Assembly (NCBI RefSeq): GCF_006345805.1
Contig: NC_043006.1
Location: 98,270,001-98,334,000, forward strand
Reading direction: 5' to 3'
Source: Octopus sinensis
Lineage: Eukaryota
DNA: 64,000 nucleotides
This document shows, piece after piece, positions 1-13,365 of the stretch. The notes under the pieces were generated by a model. The model did no database searches, was not told the DNA's origin, and was given only the letters and a program-made list of their open reading frames with translations. Each line of letters opens with the position of its first letter. Position 1 is the first letter of the stretch. A program made the position numbers and the translations under genes.

Positions 1-242
1 GATAATCTGAGAGCACCGCAAAAAGGACAGGGTTTGAAATTAAAAAAGAAAATAAGTTGGTAACCCTCGGAGATATATATGGTACACATTCTAAGAAGAT
101 TAAACTTCTCTGTCTCTTACATACAAACACTCACATATAGACACACACTCGCACACAGACACACACAGATACGCACACACAGTCACACGCCTACACACAC
201 ACGCGCATGACATATGCATTTATATCTAGATCAAATTATATC

Positions 243-281
<39 letters not shown>

Positions 282-1074
282 AGATAAGTGGTACAACAAG
301 GCACCAGTACTTACTGAGAAATAGCAATCGATACAAATACGACGCTATTGTATAGCTTCACTGCATATTTACTAGCAAAGACGTGTGTGTGCAACAAACA
401 TGAAAAATGTGTCTTACCGCTAGGAAGAACATTCGATAAATGGAGAACCTAGAATCGGATAATGCAGGACCGGTTTCTGACTCTTCAAAAATGTTTGACT
501 ACAAAAATTTGATTAGTCTTCATCAGCTGCATTTACCTAGACAAAATTTAAAATGTTGTCACATCAATGCCAGTATACTCGCCTGAACGCCTATATATGA
601 GTGATGAAGTTATACTAAACTACTAAAATCTACGTGGGATTCTACATCGCATATTTTACATGAGGAATGCCGTTAGTTGCTAATAACGTCAGCTAGGTAT
701 AATAACCGAAACACGAATGCTCTGTATATACATTGCAGGAGAATCTGTGAAGACGAAAAGATAAAATTAGAAAGAATGGATATGAAAGTTATAGGTAAGC
801 AAATATTTCAGAACATTGTTGGAAACGCTGGGAATAGAAATGCACATACATGAACACTGGAAAATACATGAAAATATACATAGATATTCGCACAAAAATA
901 TATATCCCTTCATCAGAGACGGTGCGAGAACATGTTTGAGTATTAATTATTGCAGAGAAAATATGAAACATAGAGGGAAGTAAGAGAATGAATATAAATG
1001 TGCAAATCCATTAATCAAGTGGAATTGTATTTATAAGGGGTGAAAAACATTTTGGTGAAGACATTTTCTTGTAC

Positions 1075-1500
1075 CTAGTGTGTGAAAAAACTAATGGTGT
1101 CTGAAATCTGGTAAGTCAATTACAGCGGATGCATATGTCAGCCAATTGGTCGAAATGATGAGTAAACTTGCAATGAAACAACCGATATCGGTCAATAGGG
1201 AGAGGCCGATTATCTTACAAGATGGTGATCTACCACGTTGCAGAAAGAACGCTACTCATGTTGCAGGAACTGCAACTGTCATCCACCATGTTCACTAGAC
1301 CTTGCACCAACTGACTATCACGTTTTCTAGGCAATAGATGATTTTTTGCAAGGAACAAACTTCAAATCTCAAGATGCAAAAACAGCATTTCGTGATTCCA
1401 TCACCTCATGGTCTCGAGAATTCTTCGCTGCCGTCATAAGTAAGCTGCCGATATAGTAGCAAAATTGTGTTGGTAATTTAGGTGCACACTTTGATTAACT
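1075..1500 (+). mobile_element. Decayed mariner (DD34D-type) transposase, C-terminal part
   Basis: Hand translation across frameshifts gives KKLMVS..KSGKSITADAY..QLVEMMSKL..RERPIILQDG and HPPCSLDLAPTDYHVF (1280-1327), matching the mariner HPPYSPDLAPSDYHLF motif, then DDFLQGTNFKSQDAKTAFRDSI..SREFFAA. Confidence 0.8.
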
Positions 1501-1567
1501 GCATTGGTTTTTGTTGAGATTGTTCTTAATGAGCTGTTATATTCACACACACATACACACACACACA

Positions 1568-1614
<47 letters not shown>

Positions 1615-2270
1615 CACGTACCGTATATATACGAGTGAGATGCACAATATCCGCCTGATATATTCTCATCCAATTTCTTCTGCAAGAATATGGAAATCGA
1701 TTCTAATGCTTCTTTCTTTATGTTCAATTCCCTCGGCTATATTGAATAGTTGTTGGAAACTTGGTTTCTTTATCTATATCGGATCAGTGAATATACTACC
1801 AATAGTTGTGAGCTGTTGTTGACTAAAACGTTTACTCTGAATGCTGAACCATACAATATAACAATAATCATAATTCAGGGGGTTATTTTCAATATAAAGC
1901 ACATGTTTTTAATGTCTTTCCTTTTACAGGATTGTGGTGTATATTTGCAGCATATTGAGAGGCAAAATTTTAGCTGCTTGGTCGACCTCTCATATACTTT
2001 GTCGTAAATGCCATGAAGTGAAGAGGAATTTAGAGTGAATAAATAAAGCAGTTTACCCCATATAATTTCATGTCTTATACCCACCCCAACTATACGTTAG
2101 CTTCATAACTATATATGACGCCAATAATTTTCATTGAATGATATTTGGTCAAGTTCAAAATAACAGATATATCGTGTTGGTATTTGCTTAAACTTGTAGG
2201 TTCGACTTACCAACTTATTTTTACGAATAAAAATTGACGACGAGGAAGATAGGAAATGATCGGGAGAATA

Positions 2271-2655
2271 TCCTTATATATAAAAGAGAAGTTGTGTGTC
2301 TGTCTCCTACGATTTAGATTTCTAACTACTCCCACATTTTGTGGTGCAGTTTAACCAAAACCGGGTATCTTATAGTCGTGATTCATATCGAGCCCTTCTG
2401 GGTATTAGCGAGCGTCTACGATGAGTCTACGATTAAAATAAAATTTACCATCATTTTTTCCATTTTAATGCATTTTTTTTGCTATTATATAAGGGAAGTA
2501 ACTCTCTAAAATGTCTACGATGAGTCAACGATTTAAAAAAAAAATTACCATCATTTGTTTCCCATTTTTAAAGTATTTTTTTGCTATAACTCTCTAAAGA
2601 TGCTTATATAGTTATTTCCCTTGCAAACCCGAGCAAAGCCGGGCGATACTGCTAC
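2271..2655 (+). mobile_element. Non-autonomous Helitron-like element with an internal ~95-bp duplication
   Basis: Starts a|TCCTTATATATAAAAG. Ends with GC hairpin CCCG-agcaaagc-CGGG about 10 nt before CTAC|t (Helitron consensus CTRR|t). The block tctacgatgagtc.acgatt...ttaccatcatt...aactctctaaa occurs twice (~2415 and ~2513). Confidence 0.6.
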
Positions 2656-3942
2656 TTTGAAATAAGTGTGTTTTGATTTCGCATGATTATATGCTCCTTC
2701 CTGGAGGACAATTTGTTTCATCTATACCATTCTGTCTGCTAGAAAATGAAAAACGTAAGGGCAGACTATTTCTACACTTATACTTCATAAAACTTAGATC
2801 GTATTTGCTCTTGAGGCAATAATGAGATCATTGCATAGTTAATCGACCTGATATATTTAGAAATCAAAGCTCCCTCAATTTTCACTGTTCCGTTTCATAT
2901 AATGAAATTCCATGTTCAGTAATGTACACCATTTGTTTTATCGATCAGAGTTCACCTAGTTATTAAACAACAGTTTATCTATATTACCTCAGCGTCCATG
3001 CAAACTATTTTGGAAAAATGTATTTGTAAATTTGAATCAATCGGGATGTTATGAGTTCTGGCTAAGTCAAAATCGATACTCCACAAATTTTGTCTGTCAA
3101 ATATAAGTATGGAGAATACAAAGAAGTGGGCAAACTATAAAATGTTTTAGAGGAAATAATTAAATAGGCATACAAAAGCAAAAACTGACCTGTAGCGAAA
3201 TGATAATCAATAGAAGAACATAAAAAAAAACTTCATAAAAGGAAATAAACATCAAAACAATAACAGCAAAGATATCAAGAATAATGCAGCAAACAAATAT
3301 AAAACCTAAATAAGAAACATTAACTAAAAGAAATAGTAACAAATCTTCTTAAAAGGAAATCCAGATAGCAATCAAGAACTGTAAAACCTACTTGAAAGAT
3401 AAAAGCTTATAATAAAAGAAGAAAAAGATGCGACAGAAGTATCAAAAGAAAATTGCTTACGACGCATGCCAAATATAATTTCACATTGTGTTACATTAAA
3501 TCTCACTCTAGTTAACTTGATATTAATGCTTGACCTGACAGCTATCATGTTTAAAGCAGACAAGTAGATTTATGCTTTCTGTATGTTATGGCAGGTTGCT
3601 TTGCTGGTTAAATAACTAACTGTTTATCCGACAGAAGACGCGGAAGTATCTATGATAGGAAAAGAATACACATCTAGATGTCGATCTTAATATTGACGCC
3701 GACTAAACAAATATATAAATCCCAATAGAAGCTGTTTGATACACACACGAACTTGGAAAAAAGAAATGGAGATAAGCAAAGAATTATTATCAATAAATAT
3801 TCGCATGCAACTTATATCTGACTTGATGTTAAACTACGATTTTGATATATTTGTTTAGACTGGCGTTTGTTTTCTCTATTTTTCAAAAACTTCTGACAGA
3901 CAAAAATTATATAAGACGAAACAGTGTGTGTAAATATGCATG

Positions 3943-4011
<69 letters not shown>

Positions 4012-4257
4012 TTCATGCGTGTGTGTATGTGTGTGTGTGTGTGTGTGTGTGCGTGCGTGTGTGCAGTATCTATATAGCTTGCATATGTTATTTACCTTTC
4101 GCATTTACTATATGAATTTCATATAGTAAAATAGTCATTATTTATTGTTTATTTTGAAAGTCAGCAGTTTTGAATTTGGTTAAAGTTTAAATCGTATCAC
4201 AAATACATACATACATATATATATATATATGTGCGTGCGTATGTGTGCGTGCGCGTG

Positions 4258-4299
<42 letters not shown>

Positions 4300-4347
4300 C
4301 GTGTGTGTGTGTATCTATCTCTCTCTGTGTCTATCTCTCTCTCTTTC

Positions 4348-4418
<71 letters not shown>

Positions 4419-4510
4419 GTATATATATATATATATGTATATATATGTATGTATATATATGTGTATGTATATATAATATATATATATATATGCATATGTA
4501 TTTGTTATTT

Positions 4511-4713
4511 GTGTTTGTGTTTGTCCCCCACCATCGCTTGACAACTGATGTTGTGTTTATGTCACCGTTACTCAGCGGTTCGGGAAAAATATACGGATAG
4601 AATGAGTACCAGACTTACGGAGAATATGTCCTGGGGTCGATTTGTTCGACTACAGGCGGTGCTCCAGCACAGGCACAAATAACAGATGACTGAAACAAGT
4701 AAAACAATGAAAG
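4511..4713 (+). mobile_element. SINE family A, 3' half only
   Basis: Matches the 3' half of the complete copies (tttgtgtttgtcccc...gcttgacaac.gatg...ggcggtgctccagca...gactgaaacaagtaaaa). Confidence 0.8.
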
Positions 4714-4732
4714 AATAAAGAATATATATTCT

Positions 4733-4765
<33 letters not shown>

Positions 4766-5281
4766 AAAGAAAGGAAGCCAGACAGCTAAATACATAAGTA
4801 TCTACATACACTCACACACTCACACCCACACTAGCACACCCACTCAGAGGCAGTCACACACACACACACGCACACACATATAAGCATGAATAGATATATG
4901 CATTCATAAATACATACACTCACAAGCGCACAATAGCACATATGTTTGACTATACCACAAGAACCACACATCGGATGCGCTTACACAGAATAAACAAAAT
5001 TCTTCGTAAGCTTTTAGAATTCTTTCCACAAATGCAGCACTGATTAACTGTTATCTTAACAGATTAATAGAGCAAAATCTTTGCAAATTTAAACAAAAAT
5101 CTAACGAATCCAATACACTTCATAGAAATAAGCGCATTCCACACAGAGTATGAAATGGATTAAATACATTACAGATATAGAACACAAAATCAAAAACCCA
5201 GGAAAGAAAACATTAAATGTGTATATGCAGCTCTATCTCTCATTAAACACACAGACATACGATTACACACACACACACACT

Positions 5282-5313
<32 letters not shown>

Positions 5314-5315
5314 TA

Positions 5316-5528
5316 TACTCTTTTACTCTTTTACTTGCTTCAGTCATTTGACTGCGGCCATGCTGGAGCACCGCCTGTAGTCGAGCAACTCGACCCCGGG
5401 ACTTATTCTTTTGTAAGCCCAGCAATTATTCTATCGGTTTCTTTTGTGACGGGGACATAGACACCCCAGCATCGGTTGTCAAGCAATGCTAGGGGGACAA
5501 ACACAGACACACAAACACACACGCACAC

Positions 5529-5561
<33 letters not shown>

Positions 5562-5731
5562 CATATATATACGACGGACTTCTTTCAGTTTCCGTCTACC
5601 AAATCCAATCACAAGGCTTCGGTCGGCCCGAGGCTATAGTAGAAGACACTTGCCCAAGGTGCCACGCAGTGGACTGAACCCGGAACCATGTGGTTGGTAA
5701 GCAAGCTACTTACCACACAGCCACTCCTGTG

Positions 5732-5734
<3 letters not shown>
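5316..5734 (-). mobile_element. tRNA-derived SINE family A, full length
   Basis: Minus-strand head ggagtggctgtgtggtaag...ccgggttcagtcc (A/B boxes), body ttgggcaagtgtcttctac, internal (TA)n/(TG)n tract and (gagtaaaa)n tail. Near-identical copies at 10911, 12471, 27324, 36740 and 38701. Confidence 0.9.
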
Positions 5735-5787
<53 letters not shown>

Positions 5788-5849
5788 AGCAAACTGCAGA
5801 AGAGCGCCGAACGTGTTGCATTTTATAGAGAAGAAAGTAAACTTCAAAC

Positions 5850-5996
5850 GTAGTGCAGCTGTGACAGTAACCGAGGAAGTTTGGGTAGTTACCCTTAGAT
5901 GACGGAGAAAAGATTCCAGCAGGTGGCTAGAAGGAACTGAAACCCATACCCCTCAGATACCAGGTAAGTGCTCCGCACCATCACGCTAGCCGGTCC
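5850..5996 (-). mobile_element. Possible tRNA-headed SINE fragment (different family)
   Basis: Minus strand ggaccggctagcgtgatggtgcggagc...gggtttcagttcc resembles Pol III A/B boxes at tRNA spacing. Single copy in this window. Confidence 0.35.
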
Positions 5997-6570
5997 CTGC
6001 CAGCAGGCATTGTGAGACTAATAACCTAGTGATGTGAAAGTAACAAATGAATATGCTTGTTATAACTTCATCGGAGCCTCAGGCGTGAAGTGCAATATAC
6101 CGATGCAATTTTGAGTTGTGAGGAATATTCTAATTTCTAAATTTATATCTTTTTAATATAATGATAATCCATTCACACGCAGAAATTGTAATTGTTTCCC
6201 CTACTCACTGATTCCGTCCCCTAAAGGTTGTTTTCTTCCTGGTACATTTACAAAACATCGTTGTATGTAATTTATTTTATTTGCATAATGTGTCCTTTTA
6301 AACCCCCTCACATACCCATTCTAACTAATACTGTTATATGATACTTGTCAATCTACCTGATAATTAAATATATTCTACTGCTGATATATGCAAACATATA
6401 TAGTACTTCTTGGTGTCCTACATGCATACAACCATGTGTGCATATCTAGATATGGATCTTATTTCGTCATCTATGTGTGCATATCTATTAATATCATTGT
6501 GTGTTTATTCACAATATATTGCCACTAACGTGTATTTTTTAATATAGACGCGTGCGCCTATACGTATGTT

Positions 6571-6625
<55 letters not shown>

Positions 6626-7765
6626 CTACTTTTTTATATATGTGTCTGCATTTATACCTATATGCGTGTGCCTTTTATCTCTCTTTGCACCAGTATGAGT
6701 ATATAGACTTGTATAAGATGTTCCTTCCTTTATGCATTCCCTCATCAGAATAAAACTGGAATTCCTATATCTATGTATACTAAACTGCAAATATTCCTCT
6801 ACTCACGTATAAGTAAATATACTATCAATGTTTTCCTTATAATTTTTATAGGACATTGTATATAATTTTTTGGTATACTTTTGTGCACCCCTAAACTCGT
6901 AAATTCTCTTATATTAATCATGCACAATACTGTCTTTTATTTGAATATTAATATAAACTTAATACCACTATTTATATCCCTCTCACATTATGCCAAGCTA
7001 TTTCCATACCTCATATTTTTATTTGCTTTTTGCTTTTTTAGCCAAAAATTAACTAACTAACTAACTAACTAACATATCAATACATATTATATAAACCCTC
7101 TTTTCTCTATTTTTCATTCCCAGCTCATTTATCTCCGCTACGTTCTTATTTATCCATATCCTTACATCCAGTAATAAATCCCTGTGCGCTCTGTTTTCAA
7201 CATTATAGCCACAGCAAATATTTACTATATAATTGTAATATTAACAAACATTTCTCTGTTTTTACATATTTTCTATCTTATATTTAATACATACTAACGA
7301 ATATTAGTCCTTATGCAAACACTAATCCATTTTACGAGTGTTATTGCCTCTTTAATCCATGTTTACCTCTATAATACTTGTTTACGTTAACAATCCACTT
7401 GCTCTTTAAATACTATCTCCTATGGTTAACTTTATTCTCACGCATTAAGATTTTTTTAATAATATATACCACACCAATTATTTGTTTTTACCATTCAGGT
7501 CATATGTTAATTCAAATGTAGCCATGCCTTTCCATTGGAAAGTTATACTTTCTAATCTCCTTACTCATCTATAGCGGGAACATATCTCACTTATAAGGTT
7601 AACTATGAATCTCAATTATAACGATTAATACGAATCTCCTAGATCCAATTCTGCTTTTTCCTTTCTCAAGTTCTTTGTAAAAATTTTGTTTATACTTCTT
7701 GCACTAATGAGTACAGTAATATATAATTAATTTAATTTAATCTAATTAATTTAACTAATTCTAAT

Positions 7766-7815
7766 CAGCCATGAATTTACATGGTTTTTATATCGCTGTA
7801 CGAAACGATCGTCTG
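7766..7815 (+). ncRNA. Decayed minimal hammerhead ribozyme motif
   Basis: cag-ccatga...tgtac-GAAA-CGATCG-TC-tg. The 3' half (GAAA, palindromic ACGATCGT, GUC triplet, CAG/CTG stem I) is intact; the CUGAUGA box is degraded. Confidence 0.45.
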
Positions 7816-7955
7816 CATGATTTGAAATTCTCTTATATTTTTTAACACCACTTCTCCATTTATATCAAAATTGTTGAGGTTTATGGGATTTCTTTCAATA
7901 AATTCCTGACACACCATATACAAGTATTATTTTCATATTCGCAATATTACGCTAT

Positions 7956-8254
7956 ATACGAAATAGAGAGTGAAGTGGAGGAATGAAAATAGATGTGAGA
8001 TATGCAGGGATATTGCATTTGTAGATCCATTGTTTAGTCAGAATGGTATATATATATATATATGATTCAAATACCTGGTGAGTGAATTCCAATAGTATTT
8101 ACAATGACTAATTTTAAATACTATTGGAATTTATTCACAAAGTATTGGAATCTTATATGTATACCATTCTGTCTAAATAATGGATCTACAAATGCAATAT
8201 CCCTGCATATCTCACATCTATTTTCATTTCTCCACTTCACTCTCTATTTCGTAT
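7956..8254. repeat. ~300-bp foldback inverted repeat
   Basis: Left arm atacgaaatagagagtgaagtggag...gaatggtata is the reverse complement of right arm ataccattc...ctctctatttcgtat with about 3 mismatches. Pairing continues imperfectly inward to a ~12-nt loop near 8101-8113. Confidence 0.9.
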
Positions 8255-8295
8255 CTTATCTAAATTAACTATTGCTTAAGTATTTACTCACACCA

Positions 8296-8343
8296 TCCCC
8301 GATGAAAGGGATATAATAATTATCCTGGGAATAGCTATAAGAC
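8296..8343 (+). ncRNA. Heavily decayed hammerhead-like motif
   Basis: cCGATGA-a-aGGGATA-taataat-TATCCT-gggaa-TAGCTATA. Stem II is intact; the core and a probable ACAGCTGT palindrome carry transitions. Confidence 0.3.
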
Positions 8344-9692
8344 CTTCTGTTTATAAATGGCTCTAAAATCTTCACTGTTTTTTTTTATCAAATTCTGAAA
8401 AAAATTTTTCTATATATACACATGCTGATATATATGACCTACGTTGGACTCCTTATTCGCATAATCACCGAACCTGGATCTTAACTATGGTCTATCCATA
8501 GCACTTACTCAGCATTACCTGACACCTTTCGGTCTTATTGACAACATTACCTCTCATAACCTCTCTCTCTCTCTCTCTCCCTCTCTCTCTCTCTGTCTTT
8601 CTGTCTTTGTCTGTATGTATCTCTTTCTCTTTCTTTCTCTCTCTTTCTCTCTCTCTCTCTATGTATATATATATATATAATATATATATACATATATATA
8701 TATACACCGGTGTGTGTGCATGTATGCAGGCTACTATTTTATACATGCATACGTACACAAAAGTAATATATGTAATATGTACATTCATGTAGCTACATTG
8801 TAGGTTTGACACATGCATAGCCATGAACACGCATATGATCACACAGGCGTACATAAAAATATATGAGGAATAGCATCGTAACATTCTATGATGAGTAAAG
8901 TAAGATGTTATTTGCTTGGCACATATTAGGTTACAGTTCAACGTGGAGTGTTAATATTACTGGGAGAGAGTAAATGGCTATGGAATGCATAAATAATTAT
9001 ACTCTAATTGAATGTGTAGGTAATTCTGTTGGACCGCTAATTTAGAAGACTTTCACACTGTGGCAATTGATCCTTGCCTGAAATAATTGGCTTTGTGAAT
9101 GGTGTGTACATTTTCCCAATATGGTGCTAAACAAATATGCTGATAGTGGTGTCGGAATGAACTGTGTGTATCGTATAACAATCATTAAATTTGAACAGAA
9201 CGATCAAGAAAGTGAAGAGAATAAATCTATTCCGGATTGTTTGTTCACAAATATGATAGATTATATCAAAGTTGAACGATGAAAACAACATTAATATAAA
9301 CTTAAAATTCCATGCGTATTCTATTATGAGAACTCACTTACATTAAGAGCTTTTACGTTATTGATTGCAACGAAAACCAGTGATGTGAGCCATTGTTATT
9401 TCTTTTGAATATGCGTATGAAAGCAAGTTCCATACAAATTTAATGAACTAAAAATATGGACATAAATATGTACATGTATATAAAGGAAACAAGAAGCATT
9501 GAAACAATATAAACCCCATTATAACACTCGTTTGATATATACGTGCATGTACGCAAGGATATACATATATATGTAAATGCACACATATATTATATAATAC
9601 AAGTATGTATGTGTGTGTGTCTGTGTGAGTGTTTGTATGCGAATATATATAGAATCACACTCATGGCTTGGTTTCCAATTATATATATGTAG

Positions 9693-9750
<58 letters not shown>

Positions 9751-10026
9751 GTACGCACATATATTTTTAACTGTCTCATAGATCTTATATACAATGTCTA
9801 AACAAAATCTGAAATTTAATTACAAAAATGACCCTGGGGTATCTATCGGGTGCAAGCGTTCCTAAACCTCTTGTCATTGTCTCGACATACACTGTGCTCA
9901 TGTGCGTATTTACACATACACACACACACACACACGCACACGTGCGTGTGTGCGTGCATGCGTGTTTGTGTGTTTGTCTGATGTTAGTGTGTCTGAGCCT
10001 GTGTTATACACACAAATATATGCATA

Positions 10027-10068
<42 letters not shown>

Positions 10069-10093
10069 TTTGTATGCAATATGTAATATATAT

Positions 10094-10320
10094 CTCTTTA
10101 TTGCCCACAAGGGGCTAAACATAGAGAGGACAAACAAAGACAGAAAAAGTGATTAAGTCGATTACATCGACCCCAGTGCGTAACTGTTACTTTATTTATC
10201 GACCCCGAAAGGATGCAAAGCAAAGTCGACCTCGGCGGAATTTGAACTGAGAACGTAACGGCAGCCGAAATACTGCTAAGTATTCCGGCCGGTGTGCTAA
10301 CGATTCTGCCAGTTCGCCGC
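10094..10320 (-). mobile_element. tRNA-derived SINE family B, copy 1
   Basis: Minus head gcggcgaactggcagaatcgttagc...cagttcaaattcc, then gtcgactttgc...catcctttcggggtcgataa and tail ...tgggcaataaagag. Confidence 0.85.
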
Positions 10321-10392
10321 TTTATTGCATATGTAATATAATATATATGTGTGTGTGAGTGCGTGTGTGTATACATATTCATATATACCTAT

Positions 10393-10626
10393 TTCTTTAT
10401 TACCCACAAGGGGCTAAACACAGAGGGGACAAACACGGCCAGACATAGGTATTAAGTCGATTAAATCGACCCCAGTAACTGGTACGGTGCGTAACTGGTA
10501 CTTATCGACCCCGAAAGGATGAAAGGCAAAGTCGACCTCGGCGGAATTTGAACTCACAACGTAACGCAGACGAAATACCTCTAAGCATTTCGCCCGGCGT
10601 GCTAACGTTTCTGCCAGCTCGCCGCC
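10393..10626 (-). mobile_element. tRNA-derived SINE family B, copy 2
   Basis: Same layout as 10094-10320, about 300 bp downstream in the same orientation. Confidence 0.85.
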
Positions 10627-10910
10627 ATATATTCACACATATATTCAGTACACTCTGGTACATATTCATATATACCAGAGTGTACTGAATAGTTCCTGGC
10701 TTTGGGCAGGACATTTCACCGCCACTTGCTTATGGGTTTACTTTTATTGAATGACTTGTTGAGCATGTGAGTGAGAATCGTGGGATGGAAATGGGAAAGA
10801 TATCTATCTGTCAGAGTTTCATCGTATCACCTTTGTGTATCACCTTTGCAATGCACAACACACATATATACATACATATATAAACGTACTGTTGACAAAC
10901 GTCAGTAAGA

Positions 10911-11328
10911 GGCGCAGGAGTGGCTGTGTGGTAAGTAGCTTGTTTACCAGCCACATGGTACCGGGTTCAGTCCCACTGCGTGGCACCTTGTGCAAGTGTC
11001 TTCTACTACAGCCTCGAGCCGACCTAAGACTTGTGAGTGGATTTGGAAGGCGGAAACTGAAAGAAGCCCGTCGTATATATGTATATATATATATATATGC
11101 GTGTGTGTGTTTGTGTGAGTGTGTTTGTCCCCCTAGCATTGCTTGACAATCGATGCTAGTGTGTTTATGTCCCCGTTACTTAGCGGTTCGGCAAAAGAGA
11201 CCGATAGAATAAGTACTGGGCTTACAAAAGAATAAGTCCCGGGGTCGAGTTGCTCGATTAAAGGCGGTGCTCCAGCATGGCCGCAGTCAAATGACTGAAA
11301 CAAGTAAAAGAGTAAAAGAGTAAAGAGT
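10911..11328 (+). mobile_element. SINE family A, full length
   Basis: ggcgcaggagtggctgtgtggtaag...ccgggttcagtccc head, internal (TA)(TG) tract, gagtaaaa tail. Confidence 0.9.
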
Positions 11329-12470
11329 ATAATTTTTGCGAAGAAAACCATCCCTGATCATTGCTCACGCAAAGTACCTCTAACGTCTGCAAATGAAATT
11401 AATAAACCAGGAGTCGGTGTTTCCATACTCACCCTCCTACTAAACATGGCATCGAATAGTTGCCCCACCCACCATTGCATAACCTCAAATTTTAGGTTCA
11501 TTAAGGCTTGCACGATACCTCATTTATTTCATTTCAACGGCTGCCCATTGTCTGGAAGTCTTTCGTCACACACCTTCGGCCTCTTCAGCGACACTTTCCG
11601 TTTCCGTATGCGTTCTTGCTCCACTTATTTCATTCTGTTCTTCTAAGATGTGTATTCCTATGTGTACATACATTTGTGTCTGTGTGTGTGCGTGTGCGTG
11701 TGCGTGTATGTGTGTGTGTGTGTGTATGCGTGTGTATGTGCGTGTGTGTGTGTGAGTGAGAGAGTGAGAGAGAAAGAGATAGTGTGCGTGTGTATGTGTT
11801 GTATACTTATTTGTGTCATACTTTTTAGCAACAGTAGATTAGTCTTAATAAATGCATTTAAAAAAAAAAACGAATTAAAGTTGTGGAGTGGCCTGGTGCC
11901 CATTTAAAATCCCTGATCTGCAAGACCTATCCTTTTGACCTTTGATACGTATACGAAATAGAGCTAGATATATAAAAAATTAAGTAAATAAATAAATATA
12001 TTAATAGATAAATGAACGAATATATAAAATATATCTGCCACATACTTGCGGCAAGTGTAAGACAGAGATAGACAAAATAAAAAAATAACGCTGTATAAAG
12101 GACATGGATACATATGAAGCGAACCCAAAGATACATACAAGACGACAGACATAAAACTCCATGGACGGCCGTATGATGTCAACAACACAATTAACACGGT
12201 CAGCAGCAGCGGCGGTGCTGGTGACGGTAATAACAACAACAACTATCACGATGGCAACACCTTGGGCGAACTCACATACACAGAAAAATACAGGAACTGT
12301 ACCTTCCTCCTTTTTCTTTATTTCTCGGATCTTAGGACACCAGTAGCTCAATGGGGTGAGAGGTTGGGGCTCAAGAATGCCGTTAAGACGCAAAGATCTA
12401 AGACACAAAACTAATCCGATAGACTGAACGATGGCATTTTAAAAATATTTTAGATGACTAATCCTGATTA

Positions 12471-12900
12471 TACTCTTTTACTCTCTTTTACTCTTTTATT
12501 TTTATTTTCAGTTATTTGACTGCGGCCATGCTGGAGCACCGCCTTTAGTCGAGCGAATCGACCCGAGGACATATTCTTTGTAAGCCTAGTACTTATTCAA
12601 TCGGTCTCTTTTGCCGAGCCACTAAGTTACGGGGACCTAAACACACCAGTAACGCTTGTCAAGCGATGTTGCGGGGACGAACACAGATACACAAACACAC
12701 ACACACACATATATATATATATACACATACATACATGCAATGGGCTTCTTTCAGTTTCCGTCTACCAAATCCACTCACAAGGCTTAGGTCGGCCCGAGGA
12801 TATAGTAGAAGGCACTTGCCCAAGGTGCCACGCATTGGGACTGAACCCTGAGCCATGTGATTCGTAAGCAGCTACTTACCACACAGACACTCCTGCGCCT
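12471..12900 (-). mobile_element. SINE family A, full length
   Basis: Colinear with the other family A copies from tail (tactctttta) to head (ctcctgcgcct). Confidence 0.9.
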
Positions 12901-13124
12901 ATGTATAGTATATATTTTCTGAAAGTATAGCATAAGAAAAAAAGTTACACAAACCTAACTCTTTCTACAACAATATTGGCAGAATCAATGGCTGCTGTGT
13001 AAGTGTTGTATATTTGTCAAAATGACGTAGTATATAAAATCGTGTTCCATCATAATGAAATCTGTACGGAAATGATGGGCATTCCAATTATTTGCATTTC
13101 TGGAAACACAATTCAATGCAATTA

Positions 13125-13139
13125 CCATTATTATTATCA

Positions 13140-13171
<32 letters not shown>

Positions 13172-13198
13172 GTTATTATTATTATATTATTATTATTA

Positions 13199-13274
<76 letters not shown>

Positions 13275-13365
13275 CATCATTATTATTATTAATAATAATA
13301 TTATCACCATCATCATCATCATTGTTATTATTATTGTTGCTGTTGCTGTTGTTGTTGTTGTCATT
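13125..13365. repeat. (ATT)n/(ATC)n/(GTT)n trinucleotide microsatellite
   Basis: Directly visible; source of the poly-I/L/Y ORFs. Confidence 0.95.

Noticed and set aside
900-920. Isolated CTGATGA boxes (minus strand near 906-916 and near 6745; CTGAAGA near 49316)
   Set aside because: No correctly placed GAAA or stem III; the 7-mer is expected by chance.
1079-1110. Apparent 32-nt exon with a strong GTAAGT donor
   Set aside because: It lies inside the mariner remnant (KKLMVS..KSGKSIT).
11558-11592. Minus-strand CTGAAGAGGCCGAAGG..GACGAAAGAC resembling a classic hammerhead
   Set aside because: Stem II does not close and no stem I/III with an NUH triplet could be formed.
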